Assembly: GCA_963771355.1 (NCBI GenBank)
Contig: CAVYTA010000003.1
Location: 8,785 to 72,784, forward strand
Origin: an uncultured Candidatus Rokubacteria bacterium
GTDB lineage: Bacteria > Methylomirabilota > Methylomirabilia > Rokubacteriales > CSP1-6
Length of the DNA stretch: 64,000 bases
Direction: 5' to 3'
Numbering within the stretch: the first letter of the stretch is position 1; each line of letters begins with the position of its first letter. This document shows, in pieces, positions 1 to 9,493 of this stretch. A model generated the notes under the pieces. The model did not search any database. It was given only the letters and a program-made list of their open reading frames with translations, and had not been told where the DNA came from. The position numbers were made by a program, and so were the translations under genes.

Positions 1-2
1 CC

Positions 3-233
3 ACCGACGAGCTGAACGCCTACTCGACGGCCAAGATGAAGGAGTTCGGTATCGTCGACTCCGGCGACGCGGTCACGCTTGGCATCGGGGCCATGACCGA
101 CGCGCGCATGCGCACGTTCTTCGACGCGATGGTCAAGGCCGGGGTGATGAAGCCCACCGTCGACATCCGGAAGTCCTACACCACCCAGTTCGTCAACAAG
201 AAGGTGGGGCTCGAGCTGAGGCCGCGGCCGTGA
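3..233 (+). CDS. ABC transporter substrate-binding protein (NMT1/THI5-like), 3' part only, truncated by window start
   Basis: Open frame from window edge; C-terminus MKEFGIVDSGDA...GIGAMTDAR...YTTQFVNK; stop overlaps the ATPase start (GTGA). Confidence 0.8.
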   Translation, partial: TDELNAYSTAKMKEFGIVDSGDAVTLGIGAMTDARMRTFFDAMVKAGVMKPTVDIRKSYTTQFVNKKVGLELRPRP

Positions 234-1000
234 GCGAGGTGGCCGTCGTCACCCTGCGCGGCGTCGGCAAGATGTTCCGCAACGGCACCCTGGCCCTCGA
301 CGGGCTCGACCTCGAGGTGCGGCGGGGCGAGTTTCTGACCCTGCTCGGGCCCTCGGGCTGCGGCAAGTCGAGCGCGCTTCGCATCATCGCGGGACTGAGC
401 GACCCGACGACCGGCATCGTGGAGTGGTCGGAGGGGCCGACCGAACCCTCGCGACGGATCGGGTTCGTGTTTCAGGAGCCCACACTGATGCCGTGGGCGA
501 CCGTGGCCGACAACGTGCGGCTGCCCCTCCGGCTCGGCGGGCTGCCGACCGAGCAGACCGAGGCGCGGGTGGCGCGGGTGCTCGAGCACGTGGGCCTGGA
601 GCGCTTCGGCGACGTGTACCCACGCGAGCTGTCGGGCGGGATGAAGATGCGGGTCTCGATCGCCCGGGCTCTGGTGACGGAGCCGGAGCTCCTGCTCATG
701 GACGAGCCCTTTGCCGCCCTGGACGAGATCACCCGGTTCCGTCTCGACAACGACCTCCTGGCGGTGTCTCACACGCTGGGCCAGACCGTGGTGTTCGTGA
801 CCCACTCCGTGTTCGAGTCCGTGTACCTGGCCAGCCGCGTGGTGGTGATGACGGCGCGGCCCGGGCGGATCTTCGCCGAGCTGACCATCGACGCGCCGTA
901 TCCGCGCGACGAGCCCTTCCGCACGTCCGCCGAGTACGCAGCCGCGTGCCGGCGCGTGTCGGAGGCCCTGGCCCGCGCGATGGCGACGAGGGCGCGATGA
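230..1000 (+). CDS. ABC transporter ATP-binding protein (nitrate/sulfonate/taurine type)
   Basis: Walker A GPSGCGKS, signature LSGGM, Walker B LLLMDEPF, H-loop VTH. Confidence 0.95.
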   Translation: MSEVAVVTLRGVGKMFRNGTLALDGLDLEVRRGEFLTLLGPSGCGKSSALRIIAGLSDPTTGIVEWSEGPTEPSRRIGFVFQEPTLMPWATVADNVRLPLRLGGLPTEQTEARVARVLEHVGLERFGDVYPRELSGGMKMRVSIARALVTEPELLLMDEPFAALDEITRFRLDNDLLAVSHTLGQTVVFVTHSVFESVYLASRVVVMTARPGRIFAELTIDAPYPRDEPFRTSAEYAAACRRVSEALARAMATRAR

Positions 1001-1869
1001 GCGTGCCCGGCGCTCGGCCGGGAGGCGTGGTGCGCCCGGGAGGGCCGCGACCCACCGTACGGCGCGCGCAGCCCCCCGAGCACGAGCGCGCGGACCGCGT
1101 ATGGCGCGTGGCGCTGCCCATCGCGGTGCTGCTTCTGGGTCTCCTGGCCTGGGAGCTGATCGTCCGCATCCGCGGCATTCCCCCGTACGTGCTGCCGGCC
1201 CCGGAACTGGTCTTCCGCACGCTGGTGTCCGACTGGGCGATCCTGGGGGCGTCGCTGGCCCGCACGCTGGTCACCACCTTCGAGGGGTTCGCGCTGGCCG
1301 CCGTGGGTGGCGTGGGGCTCGCCGTGATCTTCAACCAGTCACGGCTGGCCGAGTACTGTCTGTACCCGTACGCGGTGATCCTGCAGGTCACGCCGATCGT
1401 GGCCATTGCGCCGCTGCTCCTGGTCTACCTGCCCCAGGAGGCGGCGGTGCTGACCTGCGCCTGGCTGGTGGCGTTCTTCCCCGTGCTCGCCAACACCACG
1501 CTCGGCCTGCACTCGGTCGACCGCAACCTTGCCGACATGTTCGCGCTGTACCGGGCCTCGCGGGTGCAGACCCTGCGCTACCTGAAGCTGCCGGCGGCCA
1601 TGCCCTTCATCCTGGGCGGGCTGCGCATTGCGGGCGGCCTGGCGCTGATCGGGGCCGTGGTGGCCGAGATCGCGGCGGGCTCGGCGGGGGCCGGCTCCGG
1701 TCTCGCGTACCGGATCGCCGAGTCGGGCTACCGCCTGAACACCCCGCGGATGTTCGCGGCCCTCTTCCTGCTGTCGGTCACCGGCATCGTGATCTTCTAC
1801 GGCCTCTCGCTGGTCACCGATCGCGCCCTCCGGCGCTGGCATGAGAGCGCAGTGACCTCGGAGCGCTGA
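997..1869 (+). CDS. ABC transporter permease (SsuC/TauC type)
   Basis: ATG at 997 overlaps the ATPase stop (ATGA); multiple TM segments; LQVTPIVAIAPLL and KLPAAMPFI motifs. Confidence 0.9.
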   Translation: MSVPGARPGGVVRPGGPRPTVRRAQPPEHERADRVWRVALPIAVLLLGLLAWELIVRIRGIPPYVLPAPELVFRTLVSDWAILGASLARTLVTTFEGFALAAVGGVGLAVIFNQSRLAEYCLYPYAVILQVTPIVAIAPLLLVYLPQEAAVLTCAWLVAFFPVLANTTLGLHSVDRNLADMFALYRASRVQTLRYLKLPAAMPFILGGLRIAGGLALIGAVVAEIAAGSAGAGSGLAYRIAESGYRLNTPRMFAALFLLSVTGIVIFYGLSLVTDRALRRWHESAVTSER

Positions 1870-1940
1870 CTCGGCGGGGCCTTCGGCTCCGACGCCCGGG
1901 CTTCTCGCCCCGCCGCCGCGTCGCCGGTGATCGGCGCCTG

Positions 1941-2184
1941 TCATCGCGCGGGGCCTGACCCCGTTGGGCCCGTCGGCACCAGCGCTCCGGTCATGATCGC
2001 CACCGCCTCGCTCATGCTGACCGCGCGTGGGTCCAGCAACGCCACGCGTTTCCCCAGCCGCGCCACGTGAATCCGGTCCGCGATCTCGAACACGTGCGGC
2101 ATGTCGTTTGAGATCAGCACCACCGACAGTCCCCGGTCGCGAACTCTCCGGATCAGGTCGAGCACCGTGGCGCTCTGCTTGGCC
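1941..2184 (-). pseudogene. 3' remnant of a sugar ABC transporter ATP-binding gene
   Basis: KQSATVLDLIRRVRDRGLSVVLISNDMPHVFEIADRIHVARLG is a sugar-ATPase C-terminus; no Walker A or signature upstream; the H-loop reads SND rather than SHN. Confidence 0.75.
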
Positions 2185-2371
2185 GGTGAAATCGCTCGGG
2201 GTGTACATCAAGAGCACCGCCAGTCTCTTCCAGACGCGGCAAGGCTGGTCGGCGATCCTGGTTGCGTGTGCGCTGGGACTCCTGTTCTACTTCGCGGTGG
2301 CGTTGGCCGAGCACCTGGCCATGCCGTGGGCGAGGGAAAGGGTGAACAGAGGAGGGACTACCCGATGGTGA
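2183..2371 (+). pseudogene. 3' remnant of an ABC permease gene
   Basis: SLGVYIKSTASLFQTRQGWSAILVACALGLLFYFAVALAEHLAMPW is the last TM region of an SsuC-type permease; no 5' part. Confidence 0.7.
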
Positions 2372-3369
2372 AACGATGGCTCCTGTGGATCATGACTGCC
2401 CTGCTCGTTCTCACCCTGCGACCCGATCAGGGGCTGAGTCAGGCTGCCGATAAGGTGACGCTCCAGCTCAAGTGGGTCACCCAGGCTCAGTTTGCTGGCT
2501 ACTACGCGGCGAAGGCCAAAGGCCTCTATGCTGCCGAGAAGCTCGACGTGACCATCCGCCCCGGTGGTCCGGACATCGTGCCCGAGCAGGTCGTGGCTGG
2601 TGGCGGTGCTCAGTTCGGGATCGACTGGCTGCCCAGCCTGCTATCCGCTCGTGACCAGGGCGCGCCACTCGTCAATATCGCCCAGGTGTTCGCCTACAGT
2701 GGTATGCGCGAGATCGCCTTCAAGGCGTCTGGCATCAAAGGCGCTGCTGATCTGAGAGGCCGTCGGGTCGCGGTGTGGTTCGGCGGCAACGAGTTCGAGC
2801 TGCTCGCCACACTCGAGAAGCACAAGATCGACCGGAACAAGGACGTCACCCTGGTGCAGCAGCCGTTCGACATGAACCTGCTGCTCCAGAAGCAGGTCGA
2901 CGCCGCGGCGGCCATGACCTACAACGAGTACAAGCAGGTGCTGGACGCCGGCGTGAAGCCGGACGACCTCGTGGTCATCGACTTCAACAAGGAAGGTACG
3001 GCGATGCTGGAAGACGGGATCTTCGTCAAGGCCGACTGGATCCTCGATGCCAAGAACAAGCAGGTCGCCGCTCGCTTCCTGCGCGCGTCCCTCAAGGGCT
3101 GGGAGCTTTGCAAGGACAAGCCCGGTGAGTGCGTGGAGATCGTTCTGAAGGAGAGCCCCGTGCTCGGCCGCGAGCATCAGACCTGGATGATGACCGAGAT
3201 CAACAAGCTCATCTGGGGGCCGCCGGCGCCCCGGAGCCCGCTCGGCAAGATGGACCCCGCCTCGTTCAAGCAGACGGCCGACATCGCGCTGAAATTCGGC
3301 GTGATCAAGAAGCCCGCCGGCGACGGCGCCTCCACGCACGAGATCTGGGACCTGGCCCAGAAGAAGTAG
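2365..3369 (+). CDS. ABC transporter substrate-binding protein (NMT1/THI5 family)
   Basis: RBS GGAGGG; signal peptide; LQLKWVTQAQFAGYYAA motif. Confidence 0.9.
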   Translation: MVKRWLLWIMTALLVLTLRPDQGLSQAADKVTLQLKWVTQAQFAGYYAAKAKGLYAAEKLDVTIRPGGPDIVPEQVVAGGGAQFGIDWLPSLLSARDQGAPLVNIAQVFAYSGMREIAFKASGIKGAADLRGRRVAVWFGGNEFELLATLEKHKIDRNKDVTLVQQPFDMNLLLQKQVDAAAAMTYNEYKQVLDAGVKPDDLVVIDFNKEGTAMLEDGIFVKADWILDAKNKQVAARFLRASLKGWELCKDKPGECVEIVLKESPVLGREHQTWMMTEINKLIWGPPAPRSPLGKMDPASFKQTADIALKFGVIKKPAGDGASTHEIWDLAQKK

Positions 3370-3411
3370 CCCCCTCGCGGCGAGCGATGACCGCGCTCAC
3401 GACCCTGCGGA

Positions 3412-3750
3412 GTGCCTTTCCTTCAGGATGGAATGGTCTATTTCAAGCGTGGGCAAGGTTACGAAGAGATCGGTGAATTCAGCAAGGCCCAGACCGGCTA
3501 TGGGCACGCCGCGGATCTCATGCCGATGCAAGAGTGGAAGAAACTCGCGGCGCTTGGTGTCAAACGCCTTCACGGAGAAGTGGAAAAGGGCGATCACCGA
3601 GCAGTTGAAGCTCGCGATTGCCTGTTTCCTGGACCGGCTCGCGGGCCCGAAGGCGAAGCGAGTGAGAACTCTAAAGGCAGAACCACGAACGAGCACGCCG
3701 TGGCGTGGGCACCAATTGGGCACCAAACGCAATTCGGGCGCTTCCACTGA
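3412..3750 (+). CDS. hypothetical protein or decayed fragment
   Basis: 112-aa ORF in a lower-GC stretch next to the tRNA-Lys 3' end; no recognisable motif. Confidence 0.3.
   Translation: MPFLQDGMVYFKRGQGYEEIGEFSKAQTGYGHAADLMPMQEWKKLAALGVKRLHGEVEKGDHRAVEARDCLFPGPARGPEGEASENSKGRTTNEHAVAWAPIGHQTQFGRFH
3706..3726. repeat. tandem direct repeat TGGGCACCAA-T-TGGGCACCAA, possible integrase arm-type sites
   Basis: Two exact 10-mers at 3706-3715 and 3717-3726, ~45 bp beyond the tRNA-Lys 3' end. Confidence 0.55.
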
Positions 3751-3766
3751 TCTGGAAGCGCCCGAA
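3733..3766 (-). terminator. intrinsic terminator-like hairpin after the tRNA-His/Arg/Lys cluster
   Basis: Perfect 14-bp stem TTCGGGCGCTTCCA / TGGAAGCGCCCGAA, 6-nt loop, followed by TTGCGTTT on the minus strand. Confidence 0.7.
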
Positions 3767-3771
3767 AGGAT

Positions 3772-3847
<76 letters not shown>

Positions 3848-3949
3848 GTCTCAGTCCCACCAGCGCCGCACGACCACTGCTCACCGCCATGACCGCCGCA
3901 CGACACACCACGAACCGCGGCCGCCGAGTCACCCCGGCGGCCGGAGATT

Positions 3950-4026
3950 TGGTGCGCCCAAGAGGATTCGAACCTCTGACCTTTAGCTCCGGAGGCTAAC
4001 GCTCTATCCAACTGAGCTATGGGCGC
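3950..4026 (-). tRNA. tRNA-Arg(CCG)
   Basis: Anticodon arm TTAGC-CTCCGGA-GCTAA; GTTCGAAT; CCA. Confidence 0.97.
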
Positions 4027-4087
4027 CCGTGCGTTCCTTCTGAACCACGCTTGGCTGATCCGCTCTTGGCTGACCCGTCACCGGGAT

Positions 4088-4165
4088 TGGGGTGACCGAA
4101 GGGAATCGAACCCTCAACCCCTGGCGCCACAGGCCAGTGCTCTAACCAATTGAGCTACGGTCACC
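4088..4165 (-). tRNA. tRNA-His(GTG)
   Basis: Anticodon arm CTGGC-CTGTGGC-GCCAG; G-1; CCA. Confidence 0.96.
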
Positions 4166-4290
4166 ATCCCCGGACGACAGCCGAGACGTCATCTTAGCGT
4201 AGGCCCCAGGGGGAAGCAACCGGGGCGGCCGTGGTACGGTTATATCGTTGGTAGCTCAAGGCGAAATTTACTCAAGGAGGAGTAGCAGTC

Positions 4291-4557
4291 ATGAAGCGCG
4301 AAGGGGTCTCGAGACGGGCGGTGCTGGGGGCGGGCGTGGCGGCGGTGGCGGCGGTGATCGTGCCGGCCCTGGCCCCCCACCCGGCAGTGGCGCAGCAGAA
4401 GGTCAAGCCCGCCATGGTGCAGTACCAGCTGACGCCCAAGAACAAGCAGCAGTGCGACACGTGTCTGCACTGGGTGGCACCGGACCAGTGCAAGATGGTC
4501 GAAGGCAAGATCGTCCCGAAGGGCTGGTGCTCTCTCTACGCGGTGAAGCCCAAGTAA
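4291..4557 (+). CDS. high-potential iron-sulfur protein (HiPIP), Tat-exported
   Basis: RBS AAGGAGGAG; twin-arginine SRRAVL signal ending AVA; YQ..P...QCxxC...C..V.G.I...GWC four-Cys pattern. Confidence 0.9.
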   Translation: MKREGVSRRAVLGAGVAAVAAVIVPALAPHPAVAQQKVKPAMVQYQLTPKNKQQCDTCLHWVAPDQCKMVEGKIVPKGWCSLYAVKPK

Positions 4558-5409
4558 AACGCGCGGAGGCCCTCGGCCGCGCCGCGCAGCGGTGTCGCGA
4601 GCGCGGCCTGGGCCTTTCCTACCCTTAGCCCCCCCTCCAGCGGGCGGGCGGCCTTCTGGGTGAGCTCGGCGGTCTTGACGGGGGTGAGGTGGCTCCCGTC
4701 CAGCCCGAACGTCTCCACCACCAGCTGCGTGAAGGCCCAGCGGTCCAGCGTGTCGGCGCCGGCCACGTGGTAGAGCCCCGTGAGGCCCTGCTCGCAGGCC
4801 TCCACGCTGGCCGCCGCCAGATCGGGCCCATAGGTCGGGACTGGCGCGCTGATCCACGGCGGGGCGGAAGGGGCGCCCCTCGCGGCAGGCGCGGATGAGC
4901 TGGTAGACGAAGTTCTTCTGCTGGGTCTCGGGGCCGTACACCACGCTGGTGCGCAGCACGAGCGCGCGGGGGATGGCGCCGAGGATGGCGCGCTCGGCCT
5001 CGAGCTTGCTCTTCCCGTAGACGTTCAGCGGCCGGGCCTCGTCCTCCTCCCCGAAGGGCCCGCCCTTGCCATCGAAGACATAGTCGCTCGAGTAGTAGAC
5101 GAAGGCCGCGCCCGCCCGCTGGGCCATGCGTCCGAGGAAGAGCGGGGCGTCCCGGTTGAGCGCGAAGGCCTCCTCCGCGTGATCCTCGCAGTAGTCCACG
5201 TGGCTGATGGCCGCCGGGCAGAAGATCCAGTCGGGCTTGACGAAGTGGACGGCGTGCTCCACCGCGTCCGTGTTGCGGATGTCCAGCGGCCAGGCGTCGG
5301 GCACGGCATGGGCCGTGTAGGTGCCGGTGGCCTCGTGCCCGCGGGCGCGCAGCACCTGCATGAGCGCGCCGCCCACCTGGCCCGAGGCGCCGACGACGAG
5401 GGCGCGCAC
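4536..5409 (-). CDS. rmlD: dTDP-4-dehydrorhamnose reductase family SDR, single-base frameshift near 4838
   Basis: GASGQVG, YSSDYVFDG, YGKSK; removing one base restores DQRASPTYGPDLA and joins the 4536..4805 ORF. Confidence 0.8.
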
Positions 5410-5482
5410 TAGCGGCGGCCCTTCACGCGAGCGGCGCTCCCTTGCGTCATGATAGGCGCCAGTTTACACTGCCCCTCGCCCC

Positions 5483-6439
5483 ATGGCCGCCCCCCTCGTC
5501 CTCCTCTGGCACAGCAATGACGGGCCCTACCGTACGGCCATCTCGGACGCGGGCCTCGCGGGCGAGGTGCAGGTGCTGGCGGTGCCGGGCAATGCGGAGC
5601 CGTCGGCCGATGCCTGGGGGCGCGCCGAGGCGCTCCTGGCCTTTCGCGCCACGCCGGGCATGCTGCCCAAGGCCCCGCGCCTCCGCTGGATCCAGGCGCT
5701 GACGGCGGGCGTCGAGGGCTGGCTGGCGCTGCCGGATCTGCCGCCCGCGGTCGCCCTGACCTGCGCGCGCGGCACCCATCGCGTGCAGATGCCGGAGAAC
5801 ATCCTGGGCGCGCTCTTCCACCTCACCAAGCCCTATGCCGGCATCGTCGCGGACCAGAAGGAGCACAAGTGGACGCGGCGGGTGTCGGAGACCCTGGCCG
5901 GGAAGACGCTGGGCATTCTCGGCCTGGGCGCCATCGGCGTGGAAGTGGCGCGCAAGGCCGCCGCGCTCGAGATGCGCGTCATCGGGACGAAGCGCGACCC
6001 GGGCCCCCTGCCCCACGCGGAGCGCGTCTACACGCCCGACGCCACGGACGAGGTGCTGGCGCAGTCCGACTTCGTGCTGCTCCTCCTGCCGGTGACGCCC
6101 GAGACCCGCAATGTCGTCAACGCGCGCTTCCTCGCCAAGATGAAGCCCACCGCGCAGCTGCTCAACTTCGGCCGGGGCGAGCTGATCGACGACGGCGCGC
6201 TCGTGGACGCGGTGACGCGCAAGGTGATCGCGGGCGCGGTGCTGGACGTGTTCCGCCAGGAGCCCTTGCCCGCCGAGCATCCCTTCTGGGGCACGCCGGG
6301 CATCACGGTGCTGCCGCATATCGGCGGGCTGCATCCGCAGCGGGACACCGTGGTGGCCGAGCTCTTCGTGGAGAACCTGCGGCGCTTCCTGGCGGGCACG
6401 CCCCTCCTTCACGCGGTGGATCGCGCGCGCGGCTACTAG
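5483..6439 (+). CDS. D-2-hydroxyacid dehydrogenase
   Basis: GLGAIG NAD-binding motif, NFGRG, LDVFRQEPL, PHIGG. Confidence 0.92.
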   Translation: MAAPLVLLWHSNDGPYRTAISDAGLAGEVQVLAVPGNAEPSADAWGRAEALLAFRATPGMLPKAPRLRWIQALTAGVEGWLALPDLPPAVALTCARGTHRVQMPENILGALFHLTKPYAGIVADQKEHKWTRRVSETLAGKTLGILGLGAIGVEVARKAAALEMRVIGTKRDPGPLPHAERVYTPDATDEVLAQSDFVLLLLPVTPETRNVVNARFLAKMKPTAQLLNFGRGELIDDGALVDAVTRKVIAGAVLDVFRQEPLPAEHPFWGTPGITVLPHIGGLHPQRDTVVAELFVENLRRFLAGTPLLHAVDRARGY

Positions 6440-6440
6440 C

Positions 6441-6989
6441 ATGGGCCCGGCGGTGCGCCTGGCCCCGGTCGCGCGGCTGACCCCGCTTCTCGCCCTGCTT
6501 CTAGGCCTGCTTCTGACCGTAGTCGTCGCCGGCGCCTCTCGGGTGGACGCGGCCTGGCCGGGCCTCCGCGGGGTCAAGCGCGTGGCCATCGAGGTGGTGT
6601 TCGCTCCGGATCATCCGCAGCTCGCGCCCGAGGTCGTGGAAAAGCGCCTCGAGGACGCGCTCCTGGCCAACCCCGCCGCCCCCAAGCCCGATCCGCGCAG
6701 CGCGGACCGCCTGCGCCTGGTGGTGGCGGTGCGCCAGGTGACGACCAGCGACCTCCGCGGCTATTACCTGCCGTGGTCCGGCTATTACGGCGTCGGCACG
6801 GTGCGCCTCGCGGTGGAGCGCCAGATGATTCTCCCCGGCTCGCCGCCCGCCGCCGCCATCCCCGCCATCGTCTGGCAGGTGGACCGCCACGCGCTGGGTC
6901 CCTGGCGGCGCTCACGGGAGGAGATCATGGCCCTGATCGACGACCTCGTCGCCACGCTGATCGCGGACATGGGCGGGGACGGGAGCTAG
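6441..6989 (+). CDS. hypothetical exported protein
   Basis: Hydrophobic N-terminal signal; 1 nt after the upstream stop; operonic position. Confidence 0.65.
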   Translation: MGPAVRLAPVARLTPLLALLLGLLLTVVVAGASRVDAAWPGLRGVKRVAIEVVFAPDHPQLAPEVVEKRLEDALLANPAAPKPDPRSADRLRLVVAVRQVTTSDLRGYYLPWSGYYGVGTVRLAVERQMILPGSPPAAAIPAIVWQVDRHALGPWRRSREEIMALIDDLVATLIADMGGDGS

Positions 6990-7009
6990 CGCGCGGCGCG
7001 CGGCCGGCC

Positions 7010-7483
7010 ATGTCACGCTCGCTCGGGCCCGCGCTGCCGGCCGATCTCCTGGACCGGCTGTCCCAGCGCGACCTGGCGCCGCTGCTGGGACGCGGGATCC
7101 CCCTCGTCACGCTGGGAGCGGACGGGCGGCCGCATCCCATGCTCTGCTCCTACCTGGAGCTTCTGGCCGTGAGCGCGACCACGCTGCGCCTGGCCATCGC
7201 CATGCGAAGCCGCAGCGCGGCCAATCTCCAGTCCCAGCGGGTAGGAACCTTCCTCTTGATCGAGCCGGAGCGGAGCGTGTATCTCAAGTGCCGGGCGGGC
7301 GGGGCGCCGCGCGTCTTCGGGGAGCTGGCGCGCTTCGACCTCACGGTGGAGGACGTGCTGGAGGACGCGCCCACGGAAGCCGAGGGGGCGGCGCGCATCA
7401 CGAGCGGCATCACGTATGCGCCCGCGCCGGACCCTGGCGCCCCGTGGGTGCGGGCGCTCCTCGACGCATTGCGGGCCGTCTGA
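7010..7483 (+). CDS. pyridoxamine 5'-phosphate oxidase-like FMN-binding protein
   Basis: LVTLGADGRPH and SRSAANL split-barrel motifs. Confidence 0.8.
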   Translation: MSRSLGPALPADLLDRLSQRDLAPLLGRGIPLVTLGADGRPHPMLCSYLELLAVSATTLRLAIAMRSRSAANLQSQRVGTFLLIEPERSVYLKCRAGGAPRVFGELARFDLTVEDVLEDAPTEAEGAARITSGITYAPAPDPGAPWVRALLDALRAV

Positions 7484-8230
7484 GTGGCCGAGCCCGCTCT
7501 GCCCGTCCTCGCGGCGCTGGCCGCGGCGGCGGCGCTCGTGCTGGGCTTTCTCAAGACCAGCGTGGGAGGCGGGATCGGGCTCATGCTGACCCCGCTGCTC
7601 ACGTTGATCCTGCCGCCCTCGGCGGTGCTGGGCTTCATCGGGTGCCTGATGGTGCTGTCCGACCCGATCTCTCTACGGCTGTACTGGCGCCAGTGGCATC
7701 CGGGGCTCTTGCGCCGGCTCATCCCCTCTTCGCTCGTGGGCATTGTCCTGGGCGCCTGGCTCCTCGCGGGGCTGTCCGAGGCCGGGCTGCGACGGCTGAT
7801 CGGCGCCGCCGCGCTCCTGATGGCGGGCGTGAGCCTCGTGGGCCTGCTGCGCGCGCACCGGCCGCGCCCCCACTCCTCGCCCGTGGTCAGCGCGGGGGTG
7901 GGCATCGCCGTGGGAGTGGCCTCCGTCGTGGCCAACTCGGGCGGCATCATCCTCGGCCCCTATCTGGCCGGGCTCGGGCTCTCCAATGCCGCGGTGGTCG
8001 GCACGGGCCAGGGCGTGGTGTCCGCGGCCAACGCGCTCAAGCTCGGCGCCTACTGGGCCATCGGCTTCGTGACCCTGAAGCTGGCGCTGCTGGCCATCGT
8101 CATGACCCCGCTCGTCTACCTGGGAAGCCTCGTCGGCTACCGCCTCAATGCGCGGCTGCCGCGGCGGGCGCTGGCGCTGACCCTCATCGCGATCGCCATC
8201 GCGGGCGGCGCGAAGCTCCTGCTGAGCTGA
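7484..8230 (+). CDS. TauE/SafE (TSUP) family membrane exporter
   Basis: About 8 TM helices; GFLKTSVGGGIG and NSGG motifs. Confidence 0.85.
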   Translation: MAEPALPVLAALAAAAALVLGFLKTSVGGGIGLMLTPLLTLILPPSAVLGFIGCLMVLSDPISLRLYWRQWHPGLLRRLIPSSLVGIVLGAWLLAGLSEAGLRRLIGAAALLMAGVSLVGLLRAHRPRPHSSPVVSAGVGIAVGVASVVANSGGIILGPYLAGLGLSNAAVVGTGQGVVSAANALKLGAYWAIGFVTLKLALLAIVMTPLVYLGSLVGYRLNARLPRRALALTLIAIAIAGGAKLLLS

Positions 8231-8344
8231 CCGCGATACATCTGGTCGGCCGCGCGCGCCGATACCATACAACGCGCACGCAAAATCGACGCTTGACGGC
8301 CATGCGCTCCGCCGCGATCCTCACCCTCACGGAGGATACAGACC

Positions 8345-8714
8345 ATGGTGACGATCAAGGACCTCGAGGCATTCGGCGACGGCTGGAACCGGCACGACGT
8401 GGACGCGCTGATGACGTTCATGTCGCCGGACTGCGTGTTCGAGACCAGCGCCGGCCCGGAGGCATGCGGCAAGCGCTATCACGGGCCGCGAGCAGGTGCG
8501 GGAGGCGTTCGCCGGCGTGTTCAAGCGGTTCCCGGACGCGCACTTCGGCAACGCGCGGCACTTCGTGGCCGGTGATCGCGGCGTGTCGGAGTGGCTCTTC
8601 ACCGCCACCACCGCCGACGGCAAGAAGATGGAGGTGAACGGCTGCGACGTGTTCACCTTCGCCGGGGACAAGATCGCGCTGAAGTGCTCTTACTTCAAGA
8701 ACCGGACGGCCTAG
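8345..8714 (+). CDS. SnoaL/NTF2-like protein, single-base frameshift near 8484
   Basis: RBS GGAGGA; WNRHDVDALM...DCVF then EQVREAFAGVF..FPDAHF...GCDVFTF split over two frames. Confidence 0.85.
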
Positions 8715-9402
8715 CGATCTCCGCGAGCAGGTCGGCGAGCGCCTCGGGCGCGGTGACGTTCGGGCTGTGGCTGGCGTCCAGCTCGAAATAGCGCCAGCCC
8801 TCCCGCTTCGCGCGCTCGGCGAATTGCCGGAAGGGGTCGCCGGGCGGCGCGAGCCGGCAGTAGATGTAGCTGCGCGGCAGCGACGTCTCGCCGCGCTTGA
8901 GGCGGAGCGGCTGCTGGAAGGTGCGGAGCGGCTGCGTCATGCGCCGCGGCTCGATCCACGCCACGTCCTCCGGCGCGGTGTCCGGTGGAATGGGATTGGC
9001 CGGCACCCGCCAGCCGTCGGCCGCGTTCTCGACCATGTGCTTGCGGACGCCCTCCGGCATGTAGTCGAGCAGGCAGCGGCCCTCCGCGGGGACGAAGGCG
9101 TCGAGATAGACGACCTGGCGCAGGCGCTCGGGCACGCGGTCGGCCACGCCGGTCGCCACCATGCCGCCGTACGAGTGGCCGATCAGGACGACGTCGCGGA
9201 GGTCCTCATAGTCCAGCATCGCGACCACGTCGCTGACATGCGTCTCGAGGTCCACCGCCGGGCTCGCATGATGCCCGCGATCGCCGAGCCCGGTGAGGGT
9301 CGGCGTATAGAGCTCGTGGCCGCGCGCGCGCAGCAACGGCCGAACTTTTTTCCACGCCCAGGCCGCCGACCACGCACCGTGCGCCAATACGAAGGTCGCC
9401 AC
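8695..9402 (-). CDS. alpha/beta hydrolase (esterase)
   Basis: GGAGG RBS and GTG start; HGAW, nucleophile GHSYGG, LDASH catalytic His. Confidence 0.92.
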   Translation of the reverse strand: MATFVLAHGAWSAAWAWKKVRPLLRARGHELYTPTLTGLGDRGHHASPAVDLETHVSDVVAMLDYEDLRDVVLIGHSYGGMVATGVADRVPERLRQVVYLDAFVPAEGRCLLDYMPEGVRKHMVENAADGWRVPANPIPPDTAPEDVAWIEPRRMTQPLRTFQQPLRLKRGETSLPRSYIYCRLAPPGDPFRQFAERAKREGWRYFELDASHSPNVTAPEALADLLAEIARPSGS

Positions 9403-9493
9403 CCGCTCACCTCCAGTGGATGATCCTCCGTTTGTCGCGTCCCCCTCTCGACAAGTCAAGGGAATCATTGAGAAGCTGGAAGCGGAGGAAGCC

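Noticed and set aside
3848-4087. Short direct repeats and a hairpin in the tRNA spacers
   Set aside because: Typical of tRNA operon spacers; no evidence of a separate element
5409-5450. 13-aa ORF (MTQGSAARVKGRR) whose stop overlaps the rmlD start
   Set aside because: Too short, with no RBS or other support; could be chance
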